A DNA stretch of 64,000 bases from Chiloscyllium plagiosum (Eukaryota): NCBI RefSeq assembly GCF_004010195.1, contig NC_057711.1, forward strand, positions 73,593,399 to 73,657,398, read 5' to 3'. Below, in pieces: positions 1 to 14,515 of the stretch (position 1 is its first letter; each line of letters opens with the position of its first letter). The position numbers and the translations under genes are program-made. Under the pieces are notes generated by a model. It saw only the letters and a list, made by a program, of their open reading frames with translations. It ran no database searches and was not told the DNA's origin.

Positions 1-135
1 GCTGGAAAAGCAGAGCAGGTCAGGCAGCATCCGAAGAGCAGGAAAATCAACGTTTCAGGCAAAAGCCCTTCATTCCTGATCTAGACTCTAATCTAGACTC
101 TGATTTCCAGCATCTGCAGTCCTCACTTTTGCCTA
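1..135. mobile_element. PLE terminal-repeat mini-element, family A (fold-back, cut by window edge)
   Basis: Minus-strand GCTGGAAAAG..CAGGTCAGGCAGCATC..GTTTCAGGCAAAAGCCCTTCA followed by the plus-strand tail CCAGCATCTGCAGTCCTCACTTTTGCCT, the same tail as 62462-62490. Confidence 0.8.
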
Positions 136-439
136 CACTTACAGCAACAATTAGGCAGGGACAGCTCATTCTGATTTTACCAGGTATCCATATTGCAAGA
201 ATGAGAAAACCATTAGAGGTGTTATTAAATGCTACTAGTCTTGATGAATTATTTTGAGTTTTTCCTCTTTTGGTCACATCTTCCAAGGTCACACAAACAA
301 AAAACAAGGAACCATACAGCTCAATACAGCACCGCAATATTCCAAATCCTTGATTCCATCCCTGAGTATGACAGTTATTGACAGCAGGCTAAGTGAATTG
401 ACAGTTAAGTAGCTTTTGTCTCCAATCCTGCGTCAACAC

Positions 440-2085
440 ATTTTGCCCTTCCAGGATCCGTATCCTTCTATTCCATTCTGAGTCATGTATTTGCTTCTTA
501 AATGCTGCTATTGTGTCTGTGTCCACCACCTCCTCTGGCAGTGCAATCCTGACACTCATCACCCTTTGTTTAAAAAACATGCATTGCGCATCTCTTTTAA
601 ACATCCCCCCTCACATCTTGAAAAGTACCAAAGTAATTGACACCTCCACCTTGGGAAAGAAAAACCTCATACTTTCCACTCTATCTATGCCATTGACAAT
701 CTTATAAACTTCTATCAAGTCACCCCTCAACCTCCTGCATTCTAGTGAAAACAAACCCAGGGCTTTTGCCCGAAACGTCGATTTTGCTGCTTGTCGGATG
801 CTGCCTGAATTGCTGTGCTCTTCCAGCACCACTGATCCAGAACCTGGTTTCCAGCATCTGCAGTCATTGTTTTTACCACCTTGAAGACAAACCCAGTCTA
901 TCCAACCTTTCTTCATAGCTAAAATCCCCCATACCAAGCAACATCCTGGTAAACCTTTCCTGTACCCCTCCAGAGCATCCACATCTTCCTGGTAGTGCAG
1001 TGACCAGAATTGTATACAATATTCCAAACTAAAATTCCATAAAGCTGCAGCATAACTTGTCTATCCTTATTCTTAATGCTCCTTCCAATGAAGGCAAGAA
1101 TGTCATGGACTTTTTTTACTACCTTATCTACCTGTGCTGTCATCTTCAGTGATCCGTGGGCATGCACCACCTAGATCTATCTGCATATTAATATTCTCAA
1201 GGGGTCTATCATTCACTGTATAATTTCTACCTGTACTTGACCTACCAAAATGCATCACCTAACATTTGTCCGGATTAAACTTCATCTGTTATTTTGCTGC
1301 CCATCCCTCTAACAGATCCATATCATGCTGTATCCTCTGACAATCCTCCTTGCTATCAGCAACTCCACCAGCCTTTGTATCATCCACAAACTTACTAATT
1401 AGACCAGCTATGATTTCATCCAAATCATTTATGTAGATCACGAACAGCAGAGGTCCAAGCACTGATCCCTGTGGAACACCACTCATCATTCCAAAAAAAT
1501 CCTTCCACCATTACCCTCTGTCTCCTATGAGGAAGCCAGTTCTGTATCCATCTTGCTAGCTCACCCAGATACCATGTAACTTCACCTTTTGTACCAGTCT
1601 GCCATGAGGGACCTTGTCAATGGCTTTGCTGAAATCCATATACACAACATCAACTGCTATTCCCTCAACAATCATCTTTGTCACTACCTCAAAAAAATGA
1701 CCAAGTTAGTGAGGCATGACCTTCTTCCGAACAAAACCAAGCTGTTTATCCTAATCAGTCCATTTGCTTCTAAATGTGTATGGATCTAGTCCTTGAGAAT
1801 CTTTTCCAATAATTTCCTTACCGCTGATGTGAGGCTCACAGGTTTGTAAATTCCTGGATCATCTCTGCTAGCTTTTTTAAACAACGATACATCATTGGGT
1901 ATTGTCCAGTCCTCTTGGATCTCACCTATGGCCAAAGAAGATTCAAAGCTGTCTGACAATGCTTCAGCAATTTGTTCTCTTGCCTCCCTCAATATTCTGG
2001 GATAGATCTCATCAGGACCCGGGGACCTGTCTATCTTAATATTTTTTAAGATGCGCAATATCTCTACCTTTTTCATTGCAACTTA
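440..2085 (-). mobile_element. CR1-clade LINE, decayed RT and 3' end
   Basis: Broken ORF2 pieces: [73 protein letters not shown]. Confidence 0.93.
761..881 (+). mobile_element. Family A mini-element nested in CR1
   Basis: GGCTTTTGCCCGAAACGTCG..CAGCATCTGCAGTC; TSD TGAA(A/G)ACAAACCCAG at 746-760 and 882-896. Confidence 0.88.
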
Positions 2086-2744
2086 GCTTAGAGATCTTCA
2101 ACCTTCTTCTTTGTTCTGGTTGTCTAGAGTGGACTATGACATGACTTGGGTTGTCTTGACACTGGAGTCTCACAAAACATCCAGTGACCTCAGAGTTTTT
2201 TTTACTTCACTTGCTTTGTAAGCAATGGTGAACTAGATTACCTGAGGGAACTGTTGGTGTAAAAGGCAAACCTCTTAACTCATCTGTGTTGTTTACTAAC
2301 TTGATTAAGCATCATTGTATACCAAAGAAGTTTTAATTTTTATCCTTAAATACAGGCATTTCCATGACATTAATTATCAGTTGCTAAGATGGGTAAATAA
2401 TTGTGTGATTGAATGTAATTGACATCTCTCTAAATAATACTTTAATATTTTAATCTGTTGACTTTAGGCTCTGATGGGAAAGCCATATGGCAGCATGCCA
2501 AGAAAAACAGTTCCAATGAGTGAGCAAGACTCAGCCATGAATTTTGCGACATTGTGGGATTTTGGGGTAAGTTAAATTTTGTTAGAAAAATGTCCATGAA
2601 GAAAACATGTATGCGAGAAGGAAAGATCATTAGTTTTGTGAATTCTAGTTCATAGCAAGATGAAGATAGATGTTAGAATAGCTTATTTGCTGACGTTGTT
2701 TTTGTGAAGGTTAACTGAAAAAGAAAACTCTATACTTTTTCCAG

Positions 2745-2887
2745 GGCTATGCACAATATTCTGTCCTTTTCTATGGTTACTATAATAATCAGCGGACAAT
2801 TGGATGGCTGAAATTCAGGCTACCTTTGGGTTACTTCCTGGTGGGAGTCGGTACAATCGGATACAGCTTCATGGTAGTGATTAGGAC
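2745..2887 (+). CDS. tmc1: TMC1/2-subfamily channel, coding exon A (first visible; upstream exons lie outside the window)
   Basis: ttttccag|GGC...AGGAC|gtaagt; translates [47 protein letters not shown](T); 143 nt; phase joins the next exon. Confidence 0.93.
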
Positions 2888-3232
2888 GTAAGTTTAACTT
2901 CCAAGTTCAACTTTTATCAACCTTTTCATTGTCAAAAGGATCCAAGCCAATTAATGTAATGACTTGCGCAGCATGCTGAAAACATTTAGCCCGCATTTTT
3001 TCAAAATTTTATTGTTTATCATAAGTGAGCACAATTATTTACTTGAAATAATATAGTACCTTAATAAATCATTGACACTATGAAAGATTTTATTGATGAA
3101 TCTTTGATGAATGATGCAAATGCAAGTGACATTATAGGCAGAATTTATTTGTTCTGATGTGGGTGCTGACAGCAGACCGGGAAGTGATGGCATTGCCGGC
3201 AGCAGCAAGAATAGTCAACTAATAAACCTGGC

Positions 3233-3310
3233 GAAAGTGAGGAAACCCAATGAAGGGCTTTTGCCCGAAACATTGATTTTCCTGCTCCTCAGATGCTGCC
3301 TGACCTGCTG
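3233..3310 (+). mobile_element. Family A mini-element
   Basis: ATGAAGGGCTTTTGCCCGAAAC core remnant; perfect 16 bp TSD AACTAATAAACCTGGC at 3217-3232 and 3311-3326. Confidence 0.88.
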
Positions 3311-4039
3311 AACTAATAAACCTGGCACAAGCGTGGGTTTTGGCCACTAATGCAGAAGGCTTGGGTAGGAAGTCTTTGAACCCACTGTCAGCTGATAGGG
3401 TTGGAGGCTTGGGTGACATTTGTATGCAGCATTGGCGTGCCAGCAGTGACAAAAAGGCAGCAGCTTTGATGTTGCAGAATTTAAGAACAATCCTCAACCA
3501 AACGTCCAGGCTTCATCTTATTTTCTGCAATTGAACTCACGACACTGAGCTGCAGCTCTATGTTTCCTCTAATTTGCACTGTTCTATATGGATCTTTGAG
3601 TAGCCGTGTGGCTACACAATGCAGAGCGATCATACTACTTCAATATTTGGCCTGTTCTGTGACGGTCATTGAGAAGATACTATCCAATAACACATAGCTC
3701 AGAGCAGACAAAGATCAGCCCACAGTTTAGCAATGCCTCATTGCAGATTCTCCTTCAGGCTATCTGAGAACAGCAGGACACACTCTTCCTCACTAAACAG
3801 CATCAGGAGGCATTCCCACCCGAGAGTTTGAATGTAGATTGTAACAAAACTTAACAGCCATGGGACCTAGCGGCACAATTTGGTGGCATGTTAGAGGAAA
3901 GAACAAAATATATAAAATGCAAAGTTTGGTTAAAACATAAATAAAGTGGGAAATAATTTGCGTATAAGAGAAAGTTAGCTACAAATATAAAAATTGATAG
4001 TAAGTGTTAGTATAGATGTTAAAATAAAATGATTAATTA

Positions 4040-4390
4040 TATTAACTTTATTTTGAAAGAGAGTGAGTTTGGAGAATTGATAATGGGTAATAAAGAGATG
4101 GCAGATAAGCAAAACAGATATTTTTCATTGATTTTCATTGTAAAGAATATAAGGAACAACCTAAAAATAGCTCTAAATCAGGACATGGGATGGAGAGAGG
4201 AATACAATAAAATGACAATTACCAGGGATGGGGTAGTGAGCAAATTGTTGGAACTATGGGCTCACAAATCCATAGGCCCCGATGGACTTCACCTGAGGAT
4301 CTTAAAAGAAGTGGCTATTGGGACAGTTGATGCATTGGTTTTAATTTTCCAAAGCTGCGTAGATTTGGGGAAGGTTTCATTGTAATAGTA
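4040..4390 (+). mobile_element. CR1 LINE ORF2 fragment
   Basis: GNKEMADKQNRYF...KSIGPDGLHLRILKEVA...LIFQ. Confidence 0.85.
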
Positions 4391-5467
4391 AATAGCAGTG
4401 ACCCTTTTCCTATCTACAGTGACCTGAGGTCTCCCATTAACCTTGTCCTTTTCCATGATGATTCACAGCCTGCTTACCTTTCTTCAAAGTGAACTAGTGG
4501 GTTGTGACAGGCAGCTCCAGAGTCTTCTCTTCCCCTCATGAACTAACTCACCTCCCCTCCACAGCCCATGATCCCCACATTTAAATTCAAAAATATCATT
4601 TAATTATGAAAGATTCCATGTTAATGAGTGTAATGCCATGTTAATCCATTAAAATTGTCTTTCTGCTGTCAACATCACTGTCCCAATTCCTCTCTACTGC
4701 CCAAATTGAATCATAGAGTCATACAGCACAGGGAGACGCTTCGGTCCATCAAGGATAGTATATCCTGATATCAGAAATTTGATGTGGCATCCCCCACATA
4801 ATTCAACACATTGTGCAAATTGTTTCCAACTCCCCAGACAGCAATAAGTTTTACCTCGAACAAGTTGTAAAATCAGTACATTGGAACAACTCCAATATAA
4901 TATGTGTATCAGAAATGAACAGTGCAGCATATAAATAGTACAGTTTTTTGTCAGACATCAGTTGGACCAAAAACATAAATCAACCCAAGACTGATGAGTT
5001 TGCGAATGCAATATGTCATGACAAACAATAGAATTCTATGTTTAATATTTAATTTAAAATATTGAAGCAACAACTGACAGGGGAAAAGAAAATGAGCTGA
5101 GCTTTATTTTTCTCTTCTGAGCTCCAACTGTGATGGTAATGGTGGTATTGAAATTCAAACAATGTGGGTCAGATTAGGTCAGTTCAAGCTGACAATTGAA
5201 GCTGAGACTGATTCCATCTTACCCATCATTTTCTGACAATTGAGTAAATTATTCTGAGTGAATCAACAGCAGGTGTAGAGCTACCTTTATTAGCAACAAT
5301 CGTATCCTGATTCTATTGACACAAAAGAATTAGATTGACTCAAAACTTTGCCATAATCCAATGTGTAGCTCAATGCAATAAATTCATCAGTGCCGAATTA
5401 ATCACTTTACGAGGTATAAATAATGTCCCTTAAGCGGTTAGCATCCGACTGGCGTAATGCAGAAACA

Positions 5468-5628
5468 TCTCTCTGCCCTCTTGGGCCACAAGCCTAATTC
5501 CTGATGAAGGGCTTATGCTCGAAATGTCGATTCTTCTGCTCCTTGGATGCTGCCTCACCGGCTGTGCTTTTTCAGCACCACATTCTTGATCTGATCTCCA
5601 GCATCTGCTGTCCTCACTTTCTCCTACA
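5468..5628 (+). mobile_element. Family A mini-element with hammerhead-like core at 5501-5528
   Basis: CTGATGA-A-GGGC-TTAT-GCTC-GAAA-TGTC; TSD TAAT(G/T)CAGAAACA at 5455-5467 and 5629-5641. Confidence 0.88.
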
Positions 5629-7542
5629 TAATTCAGAAACACTGTGGCATAACCTCCACGTTAATGCTAATTTCATACATTGTAGACACTGCATTCCACT
5701 ACATTTCTGGAACCAACCTCTCTTTTCTTTAGCTCCCCTGAAAAAAAGTTTGGAGCTGCACTGGTGAGAGTCTGTTGAACACAACTCCCCTTTGTGCCTT
5801 TTACTGGTTAAGTTCAAAGCAGCTTTTTTGTGGGAGTGAGTCAACGGATTTACTTTCTTGATTTTAGTTGTACAGCATATGGAAACATAGCTCCAGAAAA
5901 ACTGGACAGAAAGTCACTAGTTTTTCAAGAAAAGAGAAGACTAGAGGTCTTTCAAATTGTGAAAGAATTTAATAGGATGGATGTAGAGTAGCTGGGAATG
6001 AGAGGTAATATTACCAGGCATTTGGAGAGAGGCTTGGAGGTTGTGCACAGTGAAAAAAAATCAGACAAGAGTGTGTTGTTTTTTTGATTTTCTTCTGGAG
6101 GCAGCATCTATGTAATGATGGCTAACTGTCTCGCAGTGGTATGAAGTCAATTAAACTTATTAAATTAGCATTTGGAAGCAGGTTTCTTAGGGTGACGCAA
6201 CTTTTATTGTGTCAGAGCCTTAGCTACTCAGAGAAGCTGGCGAGACAATGGGAAACCAGAGTGGGATAAAAATGAAATATGCTCTGACTGAGTGGTACAG
6301 ATGGTAAGTTTGAGAGCATACACAGCAGAGACCTGCCTTCGCAATAGCAAATCTTGGGGATTACGCTCTGAGACAGTGCTTGGGATATAGAAATGACTGT
6401 CAGAACACAGAGTCTTTCCTCACAGACATTGCGTTCCACACTCCTTTGAGGCTTTCACTTGAGCAGCACACTGATTGTGCAGCTATTGAGAGGGCTGAAA
6501 ATTCCTGCACCTCAACCCTCCTGTCAGTGTTAATTGGATGACAGAATGGGAGGTGATATGCTAATTATTCCAGAAAATTGATCTAGAAGTCATCTTGCAG
6601 TGGCAGCCTGATTACACATGTGTAAAATAACAGAATCGAGAAAATTGTTACAGTGCAGAAAATGGCTATTACGCCCATTGTATCTGAACCACCTGCCTGA
6701 ATGAGCAACTCACAGAGTGTCCTTCTCTCACCTTCTGCCTTGACCCCATAAATTATTCCTTTTCATGAAACAGTCCAATTCCCTTTTGAGTGTTTCTATT
6801 GAATCAAATGTCACTTTTGCTTCTCACAGAATCCCAGAATTGAAAATATTTCTGGCTGCTGAAAGTATTCTAAATATGGTGAACTTAGTTTGACATTTCC
6901 ACTTATGAATCAGAACTGGTGCAATCGATAGTTATTAATAAATAATATAAAGAATTCATAAGAAATTTCCTTCCTCAGGAGATGGGAACAAATTTCCTTC
7001 CTCAAGAGATGGCAACAACTTTACAAATCCATCAAAAACTTTCCCTGCAACATACAGAAATATTCAGAGTAGTAAAACAAGTTTAAGCAGTACCCAGAAA
7101 AAAACTTTAGAACAACAACGAACTGCATGATTCTTGAAGTAACACTAGGAAACAGCCTTCCTGCTGTTCAGTTCCAAGCTGTGCTGTACAAGTGAAGTAC
7201 TGGGACATTCAAAAATCCAGAACTGGTCATGCAAAAGTGCAGGACCATGATTCAAATAACTTGTCCTTGACATTGAGTGTTGCCTGTGTGGAATCCACCA
7301 ATGCAACCTGCATTCTCAATATGGCGGTGGCAGGCTTTCGCTGGAAATTTGTGTGCATTTCTCCCACCCCTTGTACTGGGGACTTAGTGGGCCTAATAGT
7401 ATCCAAAAAATGGCTGCTGCATCTCTAAATCTCTAGATCACTGCTTTATGGGTGCACAGTAAAATTTAGGGTCACCTTTGTCACTGGCAGTGTTGTCGAT
7501 ATTCAGGAAAATGCAGCAGATGTCATACCTTGGTTACAGTTT

Positions 7543-8163
7543 AGAGTCATAGATAGTTATAGATAGAGATGTACAGCCCAGAAACAGACCTTTTGGTCCA
7601 ACCCATCCATGCCAACCAGCTATCATAACTTAGTTTAGTCCCATTTGCCAGCATTTGGCCCATATCCTTCCAAACCTTTTTTATTCATGTACCCATCCAA
7701 ATGCCTTTTAAATGGAATTGTACCAGCCTCCATCACCTCCTCTGAGAGCTCATTCCATACACGCACCACCTTCTGCATGAAAAAGTTGCTCCTTAGATCT
7801 CTTTTAAGTCTTTCTCCTCTCACCATAAACCTATGCCTCCTTGTTTTGAACTCCCCTATCCTAGGGAAAAGACCTTGACTGTTCACCCTACCTATGCCCC
7901 TCATGATTTTATAAACCTTATAAGGTCACCCCTCAGCTCCAGGGAAAAATCCCACCTATTCAGCCTTTCCTTATAGCTCAAACCCTCTAACCTTGGCAAC
8001 AACATTACATTTTTTTTTACCCTTTCAAATTTAACAACATTTTTCCTTTGGCAAGGAGACCAGAATTAAATGCAATTTTCCAAAAGTGGCCTTAACAATG
8101 TCCTGCACAGCTGCAACATGACCTGCCAACTTCTAAAATCAGTGCACTGACCAATAAAGGAAG
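7543..8163 (-). mobile_element. CR1/HER1 LINE 3' fragment
   Basis: RDLRSNFFMQKVVRVWNELSEEV...FKRHLDGYMNKKGLEGYGPNAGKWD; short-repeat tail. Confidence 0.92.
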
Positions 8164-8470
8164 TGATTCTTTGATGAGATATTTGAAATTTCATATATCA
8201 TTGCATGTCTACATGCAGGAGGGTTTATTGCTTCTGCGTGTTTGCTAATCTCTGCATTGGTGCACCACATATACAATGGATTAATGTTAATGGAGGCAGG
8301 GTAGCCTTCTTACTTTCATCCTGTAGTTCAAATGAACCCCAAGTATCTAACAGTTCATTGTGGCTTGACAGTGTTGCATCACCTAATGCGTATTTCTTTG
8401 TTTTCTTGAACATGACAATAACTACAACACCTAATAAGATAACAATGTAACACTTCCATCTGCTCCTCAG

Positions 8471-8615
8471 AATGGCAAGCAATGCAAATGAAGAAGGTGG
8501 CGGAGATGACACAAGTTTTAATTTCAGTTGGAAGATGTTCACAAGCTGGGACTACTTGATTGGCAATGCAGAAACTGCAGACAATAAATTTGCTTCAATC
8601 ACTACCAGTTTTAAG
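8471..8615 (+). CDS. tmc1: TMC1-like exon B
   Basis: ctcctcag|A ATG...TTT AAG|gtactg; [48 protein letters not shown]; 145 nt. Confidence 0.95.
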
Positions 8616-10737
8616 GTACTGAAATCCTTTCGATTTGTCATTTTTATAAAGAAATCAACTGATGCATTTCAGTGCTTAGCATATTACATCAGATTTCAAA
8701 TTACAACAGACGTTTGAAATGATCCATCTCAATGGTTATTGAAGTATGTCTATAATTTGGTGCATTAAATGACACATTAATTGCCCATGAGTCAGTTAAT
8801 ACAACAGCATAAGTGTGGCAGAAGAAAGGTCCTTTGGAATATAAAGTCCAAGAGCTTATCATGTAGTTTGTTATCATAGATTCTACCCATTCTACTCCAT
8901 TGTCTGCTTGAATAAAGTAACTATCCACAAGTGAAATCTTGAAAGACACTCCAGAAATGGCTTCCCATGATTTAAGTAATGGGCAAAACTTCAAACCTAA
9001 CTGACCCCTTTATTATTTGACTCTATCAAAGTCCATTCTACTTTTAAGTCCTTCCTCATAAAAAAAGCATAAATATATCCAAACCTCAATTTGCTTTCGA
9101 GACACTGGCCTAAATCTTCCAGTCAGCATCAGCATTGCTGCATCTGAAGCTGACAGGTAGAAAATGGTGCATTTGTTTGGGTATGTTGAAAAAGGTCACA
9201 CATCTGATACAGATTCCAGATGAACTCCCCCAGTACAGCTATCCTTTCAGAAACTTGTGAAGGTGATCAATGCAGAAAATACACCACCATTTTACAGCAC
9301 TAGCTTCCAGTTTCTGGCAGTCTTTTCATGGATGATTATGGACTAGTGAATGGAAGGGTGAATGGATAAGTAGATGAATGAGTGAATGGCTGAGCGAGAA
9401 ACTAGTGATGGCAGTGAGTAGGAAGGTAATTGAGCGAGTAGCTGGTTCGGTGGGTGAGTGGCACGGCACATTGGTAGGTGATGCGGGTATAGGGTTAAGT
9501 GTATTCAGATTGTGGGGTAGTCCCTAACCCTGTTGGTTTCATGATTCCTGATGAGATTTATGTTATTGTAAATATATTTACATTGAAAACTACCTTTTCT
9601 GCACCTTGAACATTTACTTTATTTAGAAGTCTTTTAGTGTTAGAAAATTTTATGGGTCGAGATTTTCTAGGCAGGCTTGCATGTGCACCAGTATAGAATG
9701 CAAGCAATGTAGATGGCAATAGAAATCATTTCAATAGATTTCAGACTGCTTCGTGGGCATGAACTTTAGGTAAGCTAGACAGGTGAGGATAACAGGAATC
9801 GGGGGCAATTTCAGATATCAATGACCATTAGGAGTGCTTTAGAATTGGGAGAGGAGCTCTTGCTCCTCAGTGTTCACATGAGTAACCCTGTGTATAGCAG
9901 ATTGAATGCCTGCTTCATTCAGGGCAAACTCATTTTGCTGTGAAGTTTAAAGAAAGGCATTGGAATCCCCATTACCATGTGCAAAGGATCAAACACTATT
10001 TTAGATAGCCAAGATCAGCATGGCCGTGAATGTTTCCAAAAGATCATTGAGTAATAGGAAAACAGTTGCAATGATGACCTGTTTATCTCCTAATATTTCT
10101 AAGTGTGCCGTCCTAACACTTACAAATAGTAGAGATAAAAAGAAATCTGGGACAGATTCTGTGGAACTTCTATTTGCAGCTGATTTCACCTATTGACCAA
10201 AACATTTTCTATATTTAGGTACCATAGAATACAGTTAGAATATATAAGTAAATGTTTTGTTGCATATAATCTAATGCTATTATATTTCAATTTTCTGTAT
10301 GAATGAGTATACAGAATTCAATGTTTTTCAATTCTTGTTTGATGCTGGGGACAGGTAAGGCTTGTATTCCCATTAGTATTGAATATTAATGGGGTGATTA
10401 AAGTATTTGAGAGGGCAGTTTAAATTATTTCTTCTTATTGAAAGGTCCAGAATAATTTCACATTGCCATAAAATTAGAAATTGGCAGTTGAAGAATAATA
10501 TCAATTAATCATTAAGGTAGCAATGGAAATCTGGAAATCTCTCCCACCAAAAGCTGTTGAAGCTAAAGTAATTTAAAATGTCAAAACCCAGAACTGTGTT
10601 ACACATGGGCCAGGGAACCAAGGTGTTCTCAGGTTTCTGTTATAATATATGTTTAAGATCAGTATATTTTGCTAGTAACATTTGATGTAAAGGTCTGAAT
10701 TTAAGTAATTGCAAGAGCAGGTTATGCTTTGTCTATT

Positions 10738-10976
10738 TGGGGATTGGTTAGCTTGGTTTGTCTGAACACTTAGTTCACAAAGCGGAGTGATGCCAACAGT
10801 GTGAGCTCAGTTCCTACACTGGCTGGGGTTACAATGAAGGATTCTCCTTCTCAACCTCTCCCCACTCTAAGGCATGGTGACCCTCAGGTAAAACCACCAC
10901 CAGTCATCGCTCTCCAATGAGAAAACAGCCCTATAGTCTGATAAGACCATGGTAATACCATGGTGATTTTACCTTT
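10738..10976 (+). mobile_element. tRNA-headed SINE-like repeat, unassigned family (other copies about 13735-13929 and 60357-60585)
   Basis: Shared GAGTGATGCCAACAG..GTTCAATTCC (B-box like)..GTGACCCTCAGGTTAAACCACC..ATGGTGA(C/T)TTTACCT across three copies. Confidence 0.7.
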
Positions 10977-11357
10977 GCTTCTCTATTTCTACCTCCTTTC
11001 ACAACTAATGAACAAAGTTATTTCGTAAATGTTTCATCCATTGTTATTACTAATACAAAATAATGAAAAATCACTGAATAACCATGATCTAAGTGCTGCT
11101 AAGTAATTTTTTGTGTTATATATGATGTTTGGGGACACCGTGCTGATCCATATGCTGAGTAATATTTTAATAAAGCACAGACCCTAAAAATAGCATGCCT
11201 AGATTATTAACATTGTATCACTCTGATGGATCATTGAGCTTATGTGTAACTAAAGTAACACATTCATTTAAGATTCACATGCCATAAGTTGTTTGTCCTG
11301 CAGATGAATTCTTCATTAAACATTTACAAGTTGCTTTGAAAATTAATTTGCATACAG

Positions 11358-11552
11358 GAATCTATACTTGAAGAACAAGAGAACCGGAAGGAAGGAAATA
11401 TCCATTTAACCAGATTCTTACGTGTTCTTGCCAACTTCTTGGTACTCCTCACTCTTGCTGGAAGTGGCTATCTTATTTTCTTCGTTGTCAGAAGATCTCA
11501 AAAATTTGCACAGGAGGGACTGGATGACTATGGATGGTGGGAAAGAAATGAA
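11358..11552 (+). CDS. tmc1: TMC1-like exon C
   Basis: catacag|GAA...AAT GAA|gttagt; [65 protein letters not shown]; 195 nt. Confidence 0.95.
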
Positions 11553-12098
11553 GTTAGTGCACAAAGTATTTTTCACAACTCTGGGAGCAGGTTGACACGT
11601 GGAACAGTTGTATAATTCTACTGTACTTTGAAGCATGGAGTTTAATTATTTGACATTCTGATCTAAATTGAGCCATATGATTTATAGAAACCTAAATTCT
11701 GCCCAATTCTATTTTAAATGCCTCTCTCTACATTGCAAGTCAGCAGTCCAGTCAGGGATCAATTTCCATACTGGCTTAGGTCACTCTTAATCTTACCTGA
11801 AGTGTATTAAGTGTGTTAATCTTACCCCCAGTTTAAACTCACCATCAGTTGTCTCTCTGTCTGGGACTATGGAGATTTACATTTCACTTTAGATGCTTTA
11901 CTCCTATTTATCTGTAATGCGTCACTGGCTTAAATTCATTAATAACTAAAACAATAAATACTATTCTGCTAACCTATATAAAACAAAATCAGAGGATTTC
12001 CTTCTTATTTAGATGACAAATTCAAATGCTAATATTCATTAGCATATTTTCTGAAGTACTTGATCAAACGATCATCAAAGAAAACATGGAATGAGTCT

Positions 12099-12244
12099 GG
12101 AGGCACATTGTTAAGCTAATTGCTGACCTAATGTTGTAGATATACAGAGAAATGACAATATAGTACAAGAACAGATCAGATAGTTATCAGTAAAACCATA
12201 TTTAGCAGCATATTTTTCTTTAAAAATGTAGATTATTTGAACCT
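12099..12244 (+). repeat. About 145 bp direct repeat, copy 1 (copy 2 at 14804-14948)
   Basis: GGAGGCACATTG..CAATATAGTACAAGAACAGATCAGATA..CAGCATATTTTTCTTTAAAAATG.AGATTATTTGAACCT present twice, roughly 90% identical by eye. Confidence 0.9.
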
Positions 12245-13984
12245 TGAGACAAGGGCTAACAGTTTATTTGGAGGGAGGAGACAGGGAAAAAAAACATTCA
12301 ATCATCCATGTGCTGAAAAGAAATTTGGAGCCGCTGCAATAACTACACATAGCCTTGAACTACAAAATGCATGCAAAAGTGTATGTTGCCACAGCAACTT
12401 GCACTCCCTGAGTGGTCTGTAACACAGCACCACCAGGCAACCCAGAATAGGGTTGAAATCTTTCTTCTCTGTGGGGTATGATAAGTAATGTATTACATGA
12501 ATGCATCCAGAGCCTCAGCTTTTACCATAACTAATGAACACATGGATAAAGCATAGATAGATATAACTACAAACAGAGTTTAAACTAAATTGAAGATATA
12601 ATAGATTGTGTAGATTTGAGCAAGGAGTTAGAAAAAAACATAGACTAACTGAGTATTGAAAATTATGGCAGACTATGTTGCATTGAGAAATATGGCATTT
12701 TTCATTCTCGATCCATGATCTAAACAATTTCTTAATAGTGAAATACTAAGAACAGTGTTGAAGAAAGGGATTCAGAGTCTATGTTCACAAATTGCTAAAA
12801 CCTAGTGCACAGCTGCAAAACGTAATGAGAAGTATCATGAAAAGACAAGTAAATGCAGCTTATGCAGACCACAATTCTTCATAAGATCTTTCTGTCCAAG
12901 ATGACTTCTAGATCAACTGACTGCTCTAAAAATTTCTGTTCATATCACATTATATATAGAAACCTCCTGAAATGCAGCTGCATGGATCTATAAATCAATA
13001 ATCTTCTGGGATGATACACTCTGTTTATTGAGTTCTCTTGCAATGGGGATCTCTTACAACGATGTTGGGTGAGCCTAGCTTTCGAGATTGACTGCTACTT
13101 GTAATTCTGTTAATTCTCTGCCAGAAGGGAACACACTAGTATGAGGAGTGAAATATTAATAGAATGAAATATTAATATTAATTGAAACTACATTAGAAGA
13201 GCTGTTAATAGATATCAAAAAGTCAGAAACACATTGAAGAACAGAGCATCTTAGCCTTTGAAGGCATAGGCCAATATATATATTGTGGACCAGATTAAGG
13301 AGCAGAACACAACTACAAAACCGTCCATGAAGGAACTTTACTACCATCATTGATGCTTCTTTGGGCCAACAGTCACATCCTTTATGATGGCCCTGGAAAG
13401 CAATAGTAAATGGGTCGACAGAACTGAAATTTTGTTGCATTAGGACAATACTCTTTAAACTCTCACCCACATCTTCAAACACGGAGCATCCACCACTGCT
13501 GCCATAAGAGGCATCGCGTAAGAAATATAAGTTGAATTACAGTGAGCAGTAAGTTTCAGTATTTGCATTCTATTATCGGCCAACTCCCACTCTTCTTCAG
13601 AACAGGATTACTTATGGGTATCACACCCATGATATTGTCCTAACATAAACATAAAATTTGCATTGCTGCACCTTAACTAGTGTAGCAGCATTATCTGCCT
13701 TCCAAATTTTCTCAAGGAATATAGGGTAAAGCTATATGTTGGTTAGCTTGGATGGCTGGTTTGCAATACAGAGTGATTTCAACAGCATGAGTTCAATTCC
13801 TGTACCGGCTGAGGTTGATATGAAGGGCTCTCCTTCTCAACATCTCCCCGTGCCCTAGACTTGGTGACCCTCAGGTTAAACCACCGCTGATGCTCTCTCT
13901 TTAAGGAGAGGACTATGGTGACTTTACCTGTATTAGGGTAAAACTGATAGTTGCAAACTAAGTCCAAAATTCTAGTCTTAAAAT

Positions 13985-14515
13985 CATAGTCATAGAGATG
14001 TACAGCATGGAAACAGACTCTTTGGTTCAACGTGTCCATGTCGACCAGATATCCTAACCTAATCTAGTCCCATCTGCCAGCACTTGGCCCATATCCCTCT
14101 TCACCCTTCCTATTCATATACCCATCCAGATGCCTTTTAAATGCTCTGGCAGCTCATTCCATACATGCACCATCCTCTGTGTGAAAATGTTGCCACTTAT
14201 GTCCTTTTTGTATCTTTCCCCGCTCACCCTTTAGTTCTGGACTCCCCCGCCCCAGGGAAAAATCCTTGTCTTTTTATCCTATCCATGCCCCTCATGATTT
14301 TGTAAATCTCGATAAGGTAACCTCTCAGCCTCCAATGCTCCAGGGAAAACAGCCCCAGCCTATTCAGCCTCTCCCTATAGCTCAAATCCTCCAACCTTGG
14401 CAACATCCTTGTAAACATTTTATGAATCCTTTCATGTTTCACAACATCTTTCTGACAGAAAGAAGACTAGAATTGCATGCAATATTCTAAACGTGGTCTA
14501 ACCGATGTCCTGCAG
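13985..14515 (-). mobile_element. CR1/HER1 LINE 3' fragment
   Basis: FTRMLPRLEDLSYRERLNRLGLFSLEHWRLRGYLIEIYKIMRGMDR. Confidence 0.92.

Noticed and set aside
6963..7016. 27 bp tandem duplication (AAATTTCCTTCCTCA.GAGATGG.AAC x2)
   Set aside because: Only two units and no spacers; ordinary slippage, not a CRISPR-like array.
13200..13505. Possible processed pseudogene on the minus strand (ATG GCA GCA GTG GTG...)
   Set aside because: Multiple stops, no protein family I can recognise, and no polyA tail or TSD.
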